Positions 9,917-21,439 of a stretch of 64,000 nt of DNA are shown piece by piece (the first letter of the stretch is position 1; each line of letters begins with the position of its first letter). Below the pieces are notes generated by a model. The model was not told where the DNA came from, searched no databases, and saw nothing but the letters and a program-made list of their open reading frames with translations. This DNA is from Candidatus Eiseniibacteriota bacterium (GTDB lineage: Bacteria; Eisenbacteria; RBG-16-71-46). The stretch is taken from positions 1,056,001 through 1,120,000 of the forward strand of contig CAVSAC010000014.1 in NCBI GenBank assembly GCA_963725865.1. The letters run 5' to 3'. Made by a program: the position numbers and the translations under genes.

Positions 9917-11803
9917 ATGCCGCGTCGTCTCCGCCGTCCGTTCCTTCCGCTCGTGGCGCTGTGCCTCGCGCTGAGCAGCGCCTCCGCGGCGCGCGCGAGC
10001 ATCACGCCCGACGCGCAGGCGGTCATCGACCGCTACGTCGCCGCGATCGGGGGCCGCGCGGTGCTCGACAGCACCCGCACCACGCACCTGTTCGTGACCC
10101 TCGAGGCGTTCGGGTTCAACGGCACGGCGGAGAACTGGACCGAGGCTCCCGACCGCGAGGCGTCCGACGTCACGCTCGGGCCCTTCCACGTGCAGGACGG
10201 CTTCGATGGCACCACCGCGTGGCGCGTCGATCCCTCCGGCACGCTCCTGACGCTCGACGGCAAGGACCTCGAGGAGGCGAAGGCCGGGGCGTGGTTCTCG
10301 AACGACCGCTGGCTGGAGGCCGACCAGGGCGGCGGCCGCATCGCGCGCGTCGGCAGCGAGCGCGATTCCGCCGGCACCTACGACGTGCTCGAGGTGACGC
10401 CCCCGGTGGGCCGGCCGCGCAAGCTCTACGTGGACACGCGCACCGGGCTGCTCGCGCGCTGGGTGGCGGTGCGCGACATGCACACCACGATGACCGAGAA
10501 CCTGGAGTGGGCCGTGTGGGCGGGGCGTCGCATGCCGGTGCGTTCCCGCCAGTCGATGGTGGAGCTGCCCGCGAACACGCTGCTGCAGCGGATCGACTCG
10601 GTGGTGGTGAATGCCGCGGTGCCGGCCGAGCGCTTCGCGCGGCCCGACGAGCGCGCGACCCCGGTCCGCTGGCTCAAGCAGGACGGCGTCGCCCGCCTGC
10701 CGTTCCAGTACCAGGGGCGCCACGTGTGGCTGCGTGCCCGGATCGGCGACGGACCGCCGGCGGACTTCCTGTTCGACACCGGCGCGAGCCTCACGATGCT
10801 CGACAGCGCGTACGCGGCATCGATCGGCATCCACCCGGTCGGCACCATGAGCGCCCAGGGCGCCGGCGCGTCCGGGCGGATCTCGTTCGCGCGCCTGCCG
10901 AGCCTGCGCGTCGAGGCGCCGGACGGCGACGGGATCGAGCTGGCGGATCCCAAGGTCGGCGTGCTCGCGCTCAATTCGATGCTCGCGCCGTACTTCTGGC
11001 GGGACTGCGCGGGCGTGATCGGCTTCGACTTCATCAGCCGCTTCGTCGAGCGCATCGACTACGACGCGCAGGTGCTCACGCTGCGCGATCCGAAGACGTT
11101 CCGCTACGAGGGGACCGGGGCGCGCGTGCCGTTCCGCATCGCGGGCTACATCCCGGTGGTGCCGATGACCATCGACGGCCGCTACGCGGGCGAGTTCCGG
11201 CTCGACGTCGGCAGCAGCAGCACCGTCGACCTCCACACCCCGTTCGTGAAGGAGCACCAGTTGCTCCAGCGGGCTGGCCGCACGCTGGCCGCCACCGAGG
11301 GCGGCTTCGGCGGCACGTTCACCAGCCAGCTCGCGCGGATCGACTCGATCTCGCTCGGGCCGTTCACGTGGAAGGAGCCGATCGTGTCGCTCCAGACCAG
11401 CGAGACCGGCATGCTGGCGAGCACCGACTACGCGGGCAACGTCGGCAACCAGATCCTCGATCGCTTCACGGTGACGTTCGACTACGAGCGCCGCGAGCTG
11501 TGGCTGGAACCCGGCCGGCAGGTCGCGAAGCGGGACGCGTTCTCGCGCCTCGGCGCGCTGCTGGTGCGGATGGACGGCGTGATCAAGGTCGGCCAGGTGC
11601 TGCCCGGCTCCGCCGCCGAGCGGGCCGGGATGCAGCTGATGGACGAGGTGATCCGCATCGACGGCAAGCCCGCGCTCGAGTACGGGCCCGACGGCGTCAA
11701 TCGCATGTTCGAGGAGCGCCGCGCCGGCAGCACCAGCCGGTTCGTCGTGAAGCGCGACGGCCGGCTGGTGAAGCTGAAGGTGAAGCTGCGCGACCTGCTG
11801 TGA
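9917..11803 (+). CDS. Secreted tandem retropepsin-like aspartyl protease with C-terminal PDZ domain
   Basis: Signal peptide; FLFDTGAS and FRLDVGSS motifs, GVIGFDF and GNVGNQIL; PDZ VLPGSAAERAGM; GGAGG RBS. Confidence 0.85.
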   Translation: MPRRLRRPFLPLVALCLALSSASAARASITPDAQAVIDRYVAAIGGRAVLDSTRTTHLFVTLEAFGFNGTAENWTEAPDREASDVTLGPFHVQDGFDGTTAWRVDPSGTLLTLDGKDLEEAKAGAWFSNDRWLEADQGGGRIARVGSERDSAGTYDVLEVTPPVGRPRKLYVDTRTGLLARWVAVRDMHTTMTENLEWAVWAGRRMPVRSRQSMVELPANTLLQRIDSVVVNAAVPAERFARPDERATPVRWLKQDGVARLPFQYQGRHVWLRARIGDGPPADFLFDTGASLTMLDSAYAASIGIHPVGTMSAQGAGASGRISFARLPSLRVEAPDGDGIELADPKVGVLALNSMLAPYFWRDCAGVIGFDFISRFVERIDYDAQVLTLRDPKTFRYEGTGARVPFRIAGYIPVVPMTIDGRYAGEFRLDVGSSSTVDLHTPFVKEHQLLQRAGRTLAATEGGFGGTFTSQLARIDSISLGPFTWKEPIVSLQTSETGMLASTDYAGNVGNQILDRFTVTFDYERRELWLEPGRQVAKRDAFSRLGALLVRMDGVIKVGQVLPGSAAERAGMQLMDEVIRIDGKPALEYGPDGVNRMFEERRAGSTSRFVVKRDGRLVKLKVKLRDLL

Positions 11804-11825
11804 CCGCGGGCGCGTCCGCGCGCGC

Positions 11826-14108
11826 TCAGTCGATCCGCACGAACCGCCGCGCGATCGCTCCGGTGCGGGTGACGAGGCGCGCGAAGTAGACGCCCGCCGT
11901 CGCGCGCGCGCCGCCGCCGTCGCGACCGTCCCACCGCAGCGCGTGTGGTCCCGCCGGGAACACCCCGTGCGCCAGCAGCGCCACGCGGCGGCCGCCGATG
12001 TCGAGCACCTCGACGGTCACCGCTCCTTCCACGGGCAACGTGAACGCGAGGCGCACGGCGCCGTGCGCGGGATTCGGGCTCGGGAGCGCGAACGCCAGCG
12101 CCCGCGGGCCGGTGCCCACCCCGGCCGCGGCGAGGATGTGGAACACCGAGTCGCTGACCGCCACGCCGGCGTGGAGTGCCAGGTCGAGCGCTGTCACGCG
12201 CACCAGCGCGCTGTCGGTGAGCAGGTCCGGCACCACCCAATCGAGCGAGTCCACCGCCGCGCCGCTCGCGAGCAGCGTCTCCCACGGCCCACCGGCGCCG
12301 TGGTACGAGACCTCGAGCTGTACCGAGTCCACGCCGACGTTGTCGGTCGCGGTCCAGCGGATGCGCCGCAGATCGCCGACCCGCCAGCGCTCGCCGCCGA
12401 CCGGCGCGAGCAGCGCGACCAGCGGGGCGGCGGCGTCCGCGAAGGTCGCGGTGATGCTGCGGGCGCCATCGACGGTGACGAACAGCGTGTCGCCGTTGAC
12501 CACGGTCCCGGCGGTGTCACCGCTCCAGCCCGCGAATCCCCAGCCGGCGTCGGGCACGGCCAGCAGGCGAACCGGCGTGCCGAACGGATAGCTCGGCAGG
12601 TCGGGAGTCCGGGACACCGTGCCCGCGCCCACCGTGGTGACTTGGAGCGCGACCGAATCGGGCGCGAAGCTGGCGGCGATGGTGTGGTTCGCGACCACGA
12701 AGTTGAACGTGTAGCCGGCGAGCGCGCCGACCGCGGCCCCGTCGACCAGCACGCCGGCGACGTGCTGCCCGGCGGCGGGCGCGATGGTGAACGCCTGGTT
12801 CGAGCCCTGCAGCACCGGAACCGCGCCCGCCGGAGCGATCGTGCCGCCGGCGCCGGCGGTGGCGGTGATGATCCAGCGGTCGACCGTGAAGTCGGTGGAG
12901 CTGGAGTCCGAGCCGAAGTTGCCCGCGGCGTCGCGCGCGGTCACGCGCACGCGCGCCGTGGTGGTCGGCGTGTTCGGCACCGTCCACGCGTAGAGGCCGA
13001 GATGGACGAGGCCGGCCGCGATCGGGCTCCAGCTCGCGCCGCCGTCGGTCGACCAGTCGATGTCGATCGCGCTCACGCCCACGTTGTCGGAGGCGGTCCA
13101 CTGGATCGAGCGCGTGGCGCCCGCCTTCCAGACCTCGCCGCCGTTCGGGGCGGTGAGGTTCACGACCGGCGCCTGGGTGTCGCCGGCAGCCACGCCACGC
13201 CGCGCGGCCCAGTAGACCGCGTTCATGAACAACGTGCTGTCGGTGGCGCCCGCCTCGCCCCAGCCGTCGAAGATGCTGGAGTTGCCCGGCTGCGCCGAGC
13301 CGTCGTCCATCGGGCTCGAGTCGCCGACCACCACCACGCGGCCGTTGCCGTAGACCGCGCTGGCGGCCATCGCGCTGGTCGTGCTGCCCTGCGCGACGCC
13401 GGTCATCCACACCTCGCCGCGCACGGTCGGGTTGAGCGCCGGGTAGAGCGTGAACGTGGTGCCGTTGTGGAACGCCAGCCCCGTGACGTTGCCGACCGGA
13501 CCGCGGATGATCGAGTCGCTGAGCGACGCGTTCACGTTGGTCGAGGTCTGGACGATGTTGTTGTTGGCGTCCCCGACGGTCCCGGCGTGGATGCCCCAGA
13601 GCCGGGTCGCGTCGAGCGCGTTGTAGACCTCGGGCGAGTCCCAACCATCGCCGTTGCGGTCGGAGGCGTTGTGGTCGGTCACCACGATCAGACCGCCGCC
13701 ATCGCGCACGTAGTTGAAGATGGCGATCGACTCGGCCGCGGAGAACGGCGAGTTGGGCTCCGGCAGCACGAACACGTCGTACTTCGACAGGTCGTGCGCG
13801 TTCGCCGCGTTGCCGTACGAGATCGGGTAGCCGGAGCCGAGGGTGGCGACCTGGAAGCCGCGCTTCACCAGGTCGATGCCCCACGAGGAGATGGCGCCGA
13901 GCCAGTACGTGCGCGCCGTGCCCGCGGTGACGGTGCTCTGGTCGGGAATGGGCAGCGGCTGATCGGTGTCGATGATCCAGTCCGCGTTGCCCGCCGTCTC
14001 GCCCTTGAGATTGTCGAACAGCACCTTCGTCGGGGCGGCAGTGGCCGGCCAGGCGGCCAGCAGGCCGAGGAGCACGAGGGTTGCGACCAGGCTACGGGAA
14101 TGCGCCAT
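11826..14108 (-). CDS. Secreted multidomain protein (GATase-like N-domain, Ig-like/B-repeat modules, FlgD-Ig-like C-terminus)
   Basis: Signal peptide; VLFDN..ETAGNADWIID; two APxGGExW Ig modules; GWGFAGWSGD repeat; C-terminal PSPNP..WDGRD..GVYFARL. Confidence 0.75.
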   Translation of the reverse strand: MAHSRSLVATLVLLGLLAAWPATAAPTKVLFDNLKGETAGNADWIIDTDQPLPIPDQSTVTAGTARTYWLGAISSWGIDLVKRGFQVATLGSGYPISYGNAANAHDLSKYDVFVLPEPNSPFSAAESIAIFNYVRDGGGLIVVTDHNASDRNGDGWDSPEVYNALDATRLWGIHAGTVGDANNNIVQTSTNVNASLSDSIIRGPVGNVTGLAFHNGTTFTLYPALNPTVRGEVWMTGVAQGSTTSAMAASAVYGNGRVVVVGDSSPMDDGSAQPGNSSIFDGWGEAGATDSTLFMNAVYWAARRGVAAGDTQAPVVNLTAPNGGEVWKAGATRSIQWTASDNVGVSAIDIDWSTDGGASWSPIAAGLVHLGLYAWTVPNTPTTTARVRVTARDAAGNFGSDSSSTDFTVDRWIITATAGAGGTIAPAGAVPVLQGSNQAFTIAPAAGQHVAGVLVDGAAVGALAGYTFNFVVANHTIAASFAPDSVALQVTTVGAGTVSRTPDLPSYPFGTPVRLLAVPDAGWGFAGWSGDTAGTVVNGDTLFVTVDGARSITATFADAAAPLVALLAPVGGERWRVGDLRRIRWTATDNVGVDSVQLEVSYHGAGGPWETLLASGAAVDSLDWVVPDLLTDSALVRVTALDLALHAGVAVSDSVFHILAAAGVGTGPRALAFALPSPNPAHGAVRLAFTLPVEGAVTVEVLDIGGRRVALLAHGVFPAGPHALRWDGRDGGGARATAGVYFARLVTRTGAIARRFVRID

Positions 14109-14366
14109 TCAGGATCTCCGTGCGCGCACCAGGTGTCGCGGCTGAGAGGACGTGTCTGTGGGCGTGCGGGACGGAGGGAAGGGGCGATTCCCCGACCGAT
14201 CACCGACTGCAAGGGACGGAGAGTGTAGAGGAGACCCGCGGCGCGCTCCAAGCGCGGCGCCCGGCCGGGGCCGTGCGGAGCACCGGACCGCGCGGCCGAC
14301 CGGACTGCCGCACGATCGCCCGCGGACCTGGCGGCGCGCCGCCCGCCGCCCGCTGGCGCGATCGGG

Positions 14367-14935
14367 CTACTGACCCGGCGTCCGCCGGACCGCCCAGGTC
14401 CACGCGCAGTGGTAGCCGTCGCCGCTCGCGTCGCGCTCGACGTACGCGTAGTTCTCGCGGTTCGGGAGCCTCACCATCCACGGCAGGTGCGCGAAGGTCG
14501 AATCGGAGCCGGCCCCGTGCGAGCGGCAGAGGAACAGCTGGCCGGTCCGCGTCTCGATGCCGGGCGCCGACAGCACGAAATGCACGTGGGGCACTCCCTC
14601 GGCGAGCCCCGGGACGATCGTCCGCACGCGGAAGCCGCCGGCCACGTTGGTGTGCAGCACCGCGGTGAGCCGGGCCGGCCGCCCGCCGCCAGCGCCGTAC
14701 CGTCCGTTCGCGTCGGCGTGATAGACGCGCAGGGTCGCGCCGCGCAGCGGCAGCGAGTCCGGCAGACCGAGCAGGCGCCCCTCGATCACCAGCGGATGCC
14801 CGGGCTCACCCGGCGAGGTGAGCGCGACATCCCAGTCGGCCTGCAACGGGACGGCGGACGGATTGGCGGCGCGGCGGTCGGCGCGATGGCGATCAGCAGC
14901 AGGGCGGCGAAGGGCAGCGAGGAGCGGCGGAGCAT
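14367..14935 (-). pseudogene. Secreted intradiol dioxygenase-like protein with a 1-nt frameshift (pseudogene or sequence error)
   Basis: GGAGG + ATG 14935 gives signal peptide MLRRSSLPFAALLLIAIAPT in a different frame from the domain PGEPG..VYHADANGRY..RTIVPG..PHVHF. Confidence 0.7.
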
Positions 14936-15060
14936 GGCATCCTCCTGGGGCGTCCGGGTGCGGCGGCCCCGGGGTGGCGCGGCCTGCTCTTGGTGCGTCG
15001 CCGGCCGCGCAGGGTTGCCCCCGCTGCGGACGTGGGTGGGCCGCGGCCCCGACGGCGTCG

Positions 15061-15777
15061 TCAGCGCGAGGCCGCGCGGTCGCGGACCACGCTGGCCAGG
15101 CGTCCCGCCGTGAACCGCAGCCTCACCACCGAATCACCGCTCGCCATCAGCATCATGCCGGTGCTGGCCGGGAACACGTCCGGCAGCAGGTTTGACAGCG
15201 AGTCGAGGCGCACGCCCGGCTCGAGCGTGCGCAGCGTGTGCGCGACCAGCGCGTCGCGGGCCTCGCTGGAGCCGTACTGGTACGCGAGCGCGGGCGCGGT
15301 GCGCGCGAGCGCGGGCCACATCACGTGCGTGAAGCCGGCGACGCCGAGCGGCGGCGCCAGCAGCAACGCGACCGCGACCACGTTGCGGATCCCGCCGCGC
15401 AGCGGGACGCAGCGGGCCGCGATCGCCAGGTGGGTCGGCAGCGCGATCGCGCCCACCGCCGCGGCGAAGCTCACGAAGCGCGCGGGCGCGCCGGCCCACC
15501 ACCCGATCAGCAGCAGATAGGCCGCGACTCCGAGTGCCCCGCCCGCCAGGATCGAGACCGGCGGGCGCAACCACGGCGATGCCGGGTGCGCCTTCACGAC
15601 GAACGGCAGGCCCACGAGCACGCCGCTCGCGGCCGACACCATCAGCGTCCACGAGAGCAGGAACGACATGTCCTGCACTCCGCCGTGCGGCGAGTCCCAC
15701 GCGAGCAGGATGCACGTGCCCAGGAACGCGCACGCCCATCCGACGAAGGTCGCGAAGCAGGCGATCGTGGCTCGCAT
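15061..15777 (-). CDS. Hypothetical multi-pass membrane protein
   Basis: About five hydrophobic segments; GAGG RBS; follows the porin gene. Confidence 0.65.
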   Translation of the reverse strand: MRATIACFATFVGWACAFLGTCILLAWDSPHGGVQDMSFLLSWTLMVSAASGVLVGLPFVVKAHPASPWLRPPVSILAGGALGVAAYLLLIGWWAGAPARFVSFAAAVGAIALPTHLAIAARCVPLRGGIRNVVAVALLLAPPLGVAGFTHVMWPALARTAPALAYQYGSSEARDALVAHTLRTLEPGVRLDSLSNLLPDVFPASTGMMLMASGDSVVRLRFTAGRLASVVRDRAASR

Positions 15778-15793
15778 GCGGTTCCTCGCCGGG

Positions 15794-17014
15794 CTAGAAG
15801 CCGAACGAGAGCTGTCCCGCGAGCATCGACAGGTTCCGCTTCGATGCCCCGGGCACGCCCGAGTCGAACGTGGTGCGCTGCAGCACGACCTTGGCGGTGG
15901 TCGTGCGCGTGATGCGGTAGCCCACGCCTCCGTCGAGGCGGGTGACGTCCCAGTCCCAGGGCCGCTGCGCGCCGGTGGAGTCCGCGAGGTCGCCGAAGCG
16001 CTCGACGTCCCAGCGGGCCGCGAGATAGAGCCCCGACGGCAGCAAGTACTTGAGCTCGGCGTATCCGGAGCGCACCTCGAGATCTCCCACCGTCGGCGTC
16101 TCCCACACGTTGCGGGCGCCCTCGGCGCGCAGCTCCGCGTGCGCGATCAGCAGCTCGAGATCGGCCATCACGAGGCGCTGCGCGTAGTCGTTCACGTCGT
16201 GCCCGGTCGGGAGCGCGGACGCCAGGCTGCCCGCCAGGTAGGGCCCGTAGGCGCCCGAGACGCCGATCCGGAGCGCCGGGGTGGGCGTCCACCCGAGCCG
16301 GCCGAGCACGGTCTTGCCGGAGTTGTCGTCGCGCGCGGTGCTGCCCCAGCCGGGCGCGCCGGAGGTGACGCCGAGTGCGAACTCCAGCGGCCGCGCGCTG
16401 CCGGCCAGCGTGACGCCGGTGTCCCAGTAGGAGTCGTCGACGAGCGGCATGCCGACGCCCATCTGGTATGCGGTGTACTGGACGCCGGAGGAGCCGGTGC
16501 CCGCGATCGCGAGCAGCGCGTCGGCGTTCGGCGGCAGCTGATACCAGAGCAGCGTGGAGTGGTACTGGTACATCAGCGGCGTGGCGATGAGCGGGTTCTT
16601 GTCCGAGTACGTGCGCGGCCCATAGGTGCCGATCGCCCACGGCAGCTTGCCCGCCAGCAGGTGCAGGTCGCGGTCGGGCCACGGCGTCGCCACCACGTAG
16701 GCGCCGTCCACGTAGGCTTCCGAGACGTCGTCGAAGACGAACTGGCCGAGCACCTGGAGCCGGTCGTCGACCTGCGACTCGGCGAACAGCCGCAGCCGGT
16801 ACGCGTCGTAGGGATTGTCGCCGCGTGTGAGCACGTTGGCCGGGAAGGCGCGACTCTGCTCCGCGGCGATCAGGTCGAGCAGGCCGTGCCACTGCAGGTC
16901 GGCGGCCCGCGCGCGGAGCGGCACGAGCCCGAGCACCGCGAGCGCGACGGATGCCGCCACGCACGCGCTTCGGATAGCGGTCGCGGCCCGCATGAGGGGG
17001 GGCGCCACGGGCAT
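15794..17014 (-). CDS. Outer-membrane beta-barrel/porin
   Basis: Signal peptide ending ARAA; amphipathic strands; C-terminal QLSFGF; alternative start 16993. Confidence 0.75.
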   Translation of the reverse strand: MPVAPPLMRAATAIRSACVAASVALAVLGLVPLRARAADLQWHGLLDLIAAEQSRAFPANVLTRGDNPYDAYRLRLFAESQVDDRLQVLGQFVFDDVSEAYVDGAYVVATPWPDRDLHLLAGKLPWAIGTYGPRTYSDKNPLIATPLMYQYHSTLLWYQLPPNADALLAIAGTGSSGVQYTAYQMGVGMPLVDDSYWDTGVTLAGSARPLEFALGVTSGAPGWGSTARDDNSGKTVLGRLGWTPTPALRIGVSGAYGPYLAGSLASALPTGHDVNDYAQRLVMADLELLIAHAELRAEGARNVWETPTVGDLEVRSGYAELKYLLPSGLYLAARWDVERFGDLADSTGAQRPWDWDVTRLDGGVGYRITRTTTAKVVLQRTTFDSGVPGASKRNLSMLAGQLSFGF

Positions 17015-17162
17015 GGGCAGATCTCCCTTCGTCGCCGCGTTATCGGCCGGGCCGGCGGCGGAATGAAGGGGAACGACCGGTGGTGCCGAAGGGCGTTCGG
17101 CCCGGCGGAACCGGGCCCGGCGGCCGCGGCGGCCGGAGCCGCCGGGCGCCGCGGGATCGCCG

Positions 17163-18596
17163 TCAGTTCTGGCCGGGCGGGATCGCCTGGGACTCGCGCA
17201 GCGGCGGACGTTCGCGGTGCGCGCGCTCTCTCTGCTGGTAGGCCTCGCCGATGTCGAGCAGCAAGGCCTCGTCGAACGGGGCGCCCATCACCTGGAATCC
17301 GACCGGCATGTGCGCCCTGCCGAACCCACTGGGCAGCGCGAGCGACGGCAGCCCGCAGGTGTTGCCGAACGCGCCCACCGGATCGCCGTACGGGAGCGCC
17401 GCGTTGAGGTCCTGGTCGATGCGCGGCGCGACCGACAGGAAGTTGGGTGAGACCAGCACGTCGTACTCGTCGAAGAACGACGCCATCGATTCCTGCACGA
17501 GGGTCCGGATCCGCCACGCCTTCACCAGGTCGGGCGCGCTCATCGCCTCGTTCACCTCGAGCTGGTACGAGGCGTACGGGTCCTTCAGCGACCGCACGCG
17601 GCCGTCGCGGAAGAACGCCTCGAACGCCGACAGCGCTTCGGCCGTGATGATGGTGGCCGCGACCTCGGTTGCCGGCAGGTCGGGGAGCTTGGCCTCGGTG
17701 AGCTTCAGGCCGGCCGCCCGCAGCTCGGCGACCGCGGCGTCGAAGGCGGTCTTCGCCTCCGGCTCGCCGCCCTTCGAGAAGTCCATCGGCACCAGCGCCG
17801 CGCGGATGCGTGACAGCGGCTTCGGCGAAACGCCGGCGATGCGGACGGGCTCGTCGGCGCTCGAGGGATCGTCGGGGTCGCGGCCCGCGATCGCGTGCAG
17901 GATCGCGCGGCAGTCGGCGGCGGTCCGCGCGATCGGGCCGACCTTGTCGAAGGTGTACGAGCACACCATCGCGCCCGCGCGGCTCACGCGCCCGTACGTG
18001 GGGCGCAGGCCGGTGAGCCCGCAGAATGCCGACGGACACAGGATCGAGCCCCAGGTCTCGGTGCCGAGCGCGAAGGCCGCGAGCCCGGCCGCGACCGCAG
18101 CCCCCGATCCCGACGAGGAACCGCCGGTCCAGCGGTCGGTGCCCCAGGGATTGCGGGACGGGCCGTCGATCGAGGCGTTCGCGAACCGGTAGCCGAGCCC
18201 GCCGGCGCATTCGATCATCGCGGTCTTGCCGAGCAGGATCGCGCCCGCCTCGCGCAGCCTGCGGATCACGGTGGCGTCGCGGTCGAAGACCTGGTCCTTG
18301 CACGCCGCGGTGCCCCAGGTGGTGCGCACCCGCGCGGTCGCGAACAGGTCCTTCGCGCCGTACGGGATGCCGTGCAGCACGCCGCGCCAGTGGCCACCCG
18401 CGATCTCGCGCTCGGCGGCGCGAGCCTGCTCCAGCGCCAGCTCCGGCGTGACCGTCGTGAACGCGTTGAGGCGGTCGTTGAACCACTTGATGCGGCGCAG
18501 GTACGAGAGCGTGAGCTCGACGGGCGACACCTGCCGGCTGCGGATGCGCTGCGACAGCTCGACGACGCTCAGGAACAGGATGTCGTCGCCGTACAT
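17163..18596 (-). CDS. Amidase signature family enzyme (GatA-like)
   Basis: PYGAKDL, GGSSSGSGAAVAAG, GTETWGSILCP. Confidence 0.92.
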   Translation of the reverse strand: MYGDDILFLSVVELSQRIRSRQVSPVELTLSYLRRIKWFNDRLNAFTTVTPELALEQARAAEREIAGGHWRGVLHGIPYGAKDLFATARVRTTWGTAACKDQVFDRDATVIRRLREAGAILLGKTAMIECAGGLGYRFANASIDGPSRNPWGTDRWTGGSSSGSGAAVAAGLAAFALGTETWGSILCPSAFCGLTGLRPTYGRVSRAGAMVCSYTFDKVGPIARTAADCRAILHAIAGRDPDDPSSADEPVRIAGVSPKPLSRIRAALVPMDFSKGGEPEAKTAFDAAVAELRAAGLKLTEAKLPDLPATEVAATIITAEALSAFEAFFRDGRVRSLKDPYASYQLEVNEAMSAPDLVKAWRIRTLVQESMASFFDEYDVLVSPNFLSVAPRIDQDLNAALPYGDPVGAFGNTCGLPSLALPSGFGRAHMPVGFQVMGAPFDEALLLDIGEAYQQRERAHRERPPLRESQAIPPGQN

Positions 18597-18597
18597 G

Positions 18598-18903
18598 TCA
18601 GCGCCTCCCGCGCACGGGTCGTAGCGGGCGGAACGCGAACGACTGCTCGGCGCCGTTCCCGAGCTGGAACGCGCGCAGCGTCTGCAGCGTCTGCGCCACC
18701 TGCTTCTTCTGTTTCGCGATCTCGGTCGCCACGCCGGTCGGCGGGCGTGGTGCGGGCCGCGCGCTCAGGTGCGGAGCGGGCGCCGGGCGCGACCGTGCCG
18801 GGCGCGTGGCCGCGCGCGCGAGCGTGGCCGCCGGCGCGACGATCGCGACCGCCGCGCCGGAGGCCACGACCTTGAGGAACCGTCGTCTCGATCGGATCGT
18901 CAT
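18598..18903 (-). CDS. Small Tat-signal protein, possible amidase partner subunit
   Basis: SRRRFLK twin-arginine motif; C-terminal LRAFQLGNGAEQSFAF; ATGA overlap upstream, 1 nt gap to amidase. Confidence 0.7.
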   Translation of the reverse strand: MTIRSRRRFLKVVASGAAVAIVAPAATLARAATRPARSRPAPAPHLSARPAPRPPTGVATEIAKQKKQVAQTLQTLRAFQLGNGAEQSFAFRPLRPVRGRR

Positions 18904-19337
18904 GAGTTCACCTTCCGGGAGAGGTCCCGCCCTTCGAGGGCCTCGAGTTGTGCCCGCAGCTCGGGCGGGCACGGGAGCGTCTGCTTGCTCGCATAGTCGT
19001 AGCACACCTGCACCGAGGTCGCTTCCACCACGAGCCGCCCGCTCGCGCGCTCGCGGATCTCGTAGGCGAAGGCGAACGAGCGATGACCGATCTCGGTGCA
19101 TCGGATGCCGACCAGCAACTCCTCGTGCACGAGCGTCTCGGAGCGGAAGTCGATGCTGACGTGCGCGAGGATGAACGGCACGCTGCCGTAGTCGTGCGAT
19201 CCGGCGAGCCGGCGCCAGTACACCTGGCGGGCGACCTCGAGGTAGGTGACGTAGACCGCGTTGTTGACGTGACCCATCGCGTCGGTGTCGCGGAAGCGCG
19301 GCGTGAGCTCGTGCACCACCGGGAAACCAGGGATCAC
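18900..19337 (-). CDS. Acyl-CoA thioesterase (4HBT/YbgC hotdog family)
   Basis: RFRDTDAMGHVNNAVYVTYLE; GTG start with GAGG RBS. Confidence 0.9.
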   Translation of the reverse strand: MIPGFPVVHELTPRFRDTDAMGHVNNAVYVTYLEVARQVYWRRLAGSHDYGSVPFILAHVSIDFRSETLVHEELLVGIRCTEIGHRSFAFAYEIRERASGRLVVEATSVQVCYDYASKQTLPCPPELRAQLEALEGRDLSRKVNS

Positions 19338-19584
19338 CAGCGGGTCCTCGGGGCAGGAGTCGTGCGCCCGGTGGGCCGGGACGCGGGGTTCGTCCGTGGA
19401 GTGTCGCGGGGGTGGGGCCACCGCGACGCCGGCATCCTTGAGCCGGCACGCGTATCCGGTCAAGCGGTCCTTGGTGCCGGGGCTCCGCGGGCGCCACGAG
19501 GCGCGGCGCGGTTTCTGCCATCGTCGACCGGCGGGCGGCCGTGTAGAATCTCCGGCGTTCCGCTCGAATCCCAACCCCTACGCC

Positions 19585-20466
19585 ATGCCCGACCGACCTC
19601 CCGCCGCATTCCTCGACCGACTCGCCGCCGCCCGTCGCGCGCACACGCTGCCGCCCGGGCTACGTACCCGTGCCCAGGAGTTCATCGAGGCATCGCTGGC
19701 CCTGCTGTTCCCGCACTTCGCCACCGTCTGCACGCACGACCCCGCCCTGCTGGCGGAGGAGCTGCGCGCGCTGCGCGCGCGGGCCGAGGCGTTCGTGGCC
19801 GCGCATCCGTCCGCGGCACCACGCGCCGCCGCGATCGCGGAGGCGTTCTGCGCGCGCCTGCCGCAGGTGCACGCCGCGCTGCTCGAGGACGCCGCCGCCA
19901 CCTGCGAGGCCGATCCCGCCGCGCAGAGCCTGGACGAGGTCATCATCACCTACCCCGGCTTCTACGCGGTGGCGTGCTATCGGCTCGCCCACGAGCTGCA
20001 CCAGCTGGGCGTGGAGCTGCTGCCCCGCATCGTGACCGAGGTCGCGCACCGCGAGACCGGCATCGACATCCACCCGGCCGCGCGCATCGGTCGCGCGCTC
20101 TCGATCGACCACGGCACCGGCATCGTGATCGGCGAGACCACCGTGATCGGCGATCGCGTGCGGCTCTACCAGGGCGTCACGCTCGGCGCTCTCAGCGTAC
20201 GCAAGCAGGAGGCGGACGCGCAGCGCCATCCGACCATCGAGGACGACGTGATCCTCTACGCGAACGCCACCATCCTCGGCGGCCACACCGTGGTCGGCGC
20301 CGGCAGCATCGTCGGGGGCAACGTGTGGCTCACGCACAGCGTGCCGCCCGGCACCATCGTCACCGAGGTCGCGAGCATCGAGCAGCGGTTGGCGGCGGAG
20401 ATTCCCGCGCCGTCGGCCGGTGCGCCACCCCTCGCGGCGGGCGCGTCGCGCCGGCGCGAGGATTGA
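19585..20466 (+). CDS. cysE: Serine O-acetyltransferase
   Basis: [38 protein letters not shown]. Confidence 0.92.
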   Translation: MPDRPPAAFLDRLAAARRAHTLPPGLRTRAQEFIEASLALLFPHFATVCTHDPALLAEELRALRARAEAFVAAHPSAAPRAAAIAEAFCARLPQVHAALLEDAAATCEADPAAQSLDEVIITYPGFYAVACYRLAHELHQLGVELLPRIVTEVAHRETGIDIHPAARIGRALSIDHGTGIVIGETTVIGDRVRLYQGVTLGALSVRKQEADAQRHPTIEDDVILYANATILGGHTVVGAGSIVGGNVWLTHSVPPGTIVTEVASIEQRLAAEIPAPSAGAPPLAAGASRRRED

Positions 20467-20503
20467 CGCGTCGTCCCACCGGCGCAGGAAGGAAGCACCC
20501 CGC

Positions 20504-21418
<915 letters not shown>

Positions 21419-21439
21419 CGCGGGCTTCGGCGCCGCGCC

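Noticed and set aside
14108..14367. Long leader as a possible riboswitch
   Set aside because: No recognisable conserved aptamer motif; an Rfam/Infernal search would be needed
17040..17066. Sigma28-like GCCGATAA element upstream of the porin gene
   Set aside because: The -35 match is weak (TCAT) and it is a single instance
17163..18596. Calling the amidase gatA
   Set aside because: No gatB nearby, and the ETWGS motif differs from the GatA DTGGSIRQP motif
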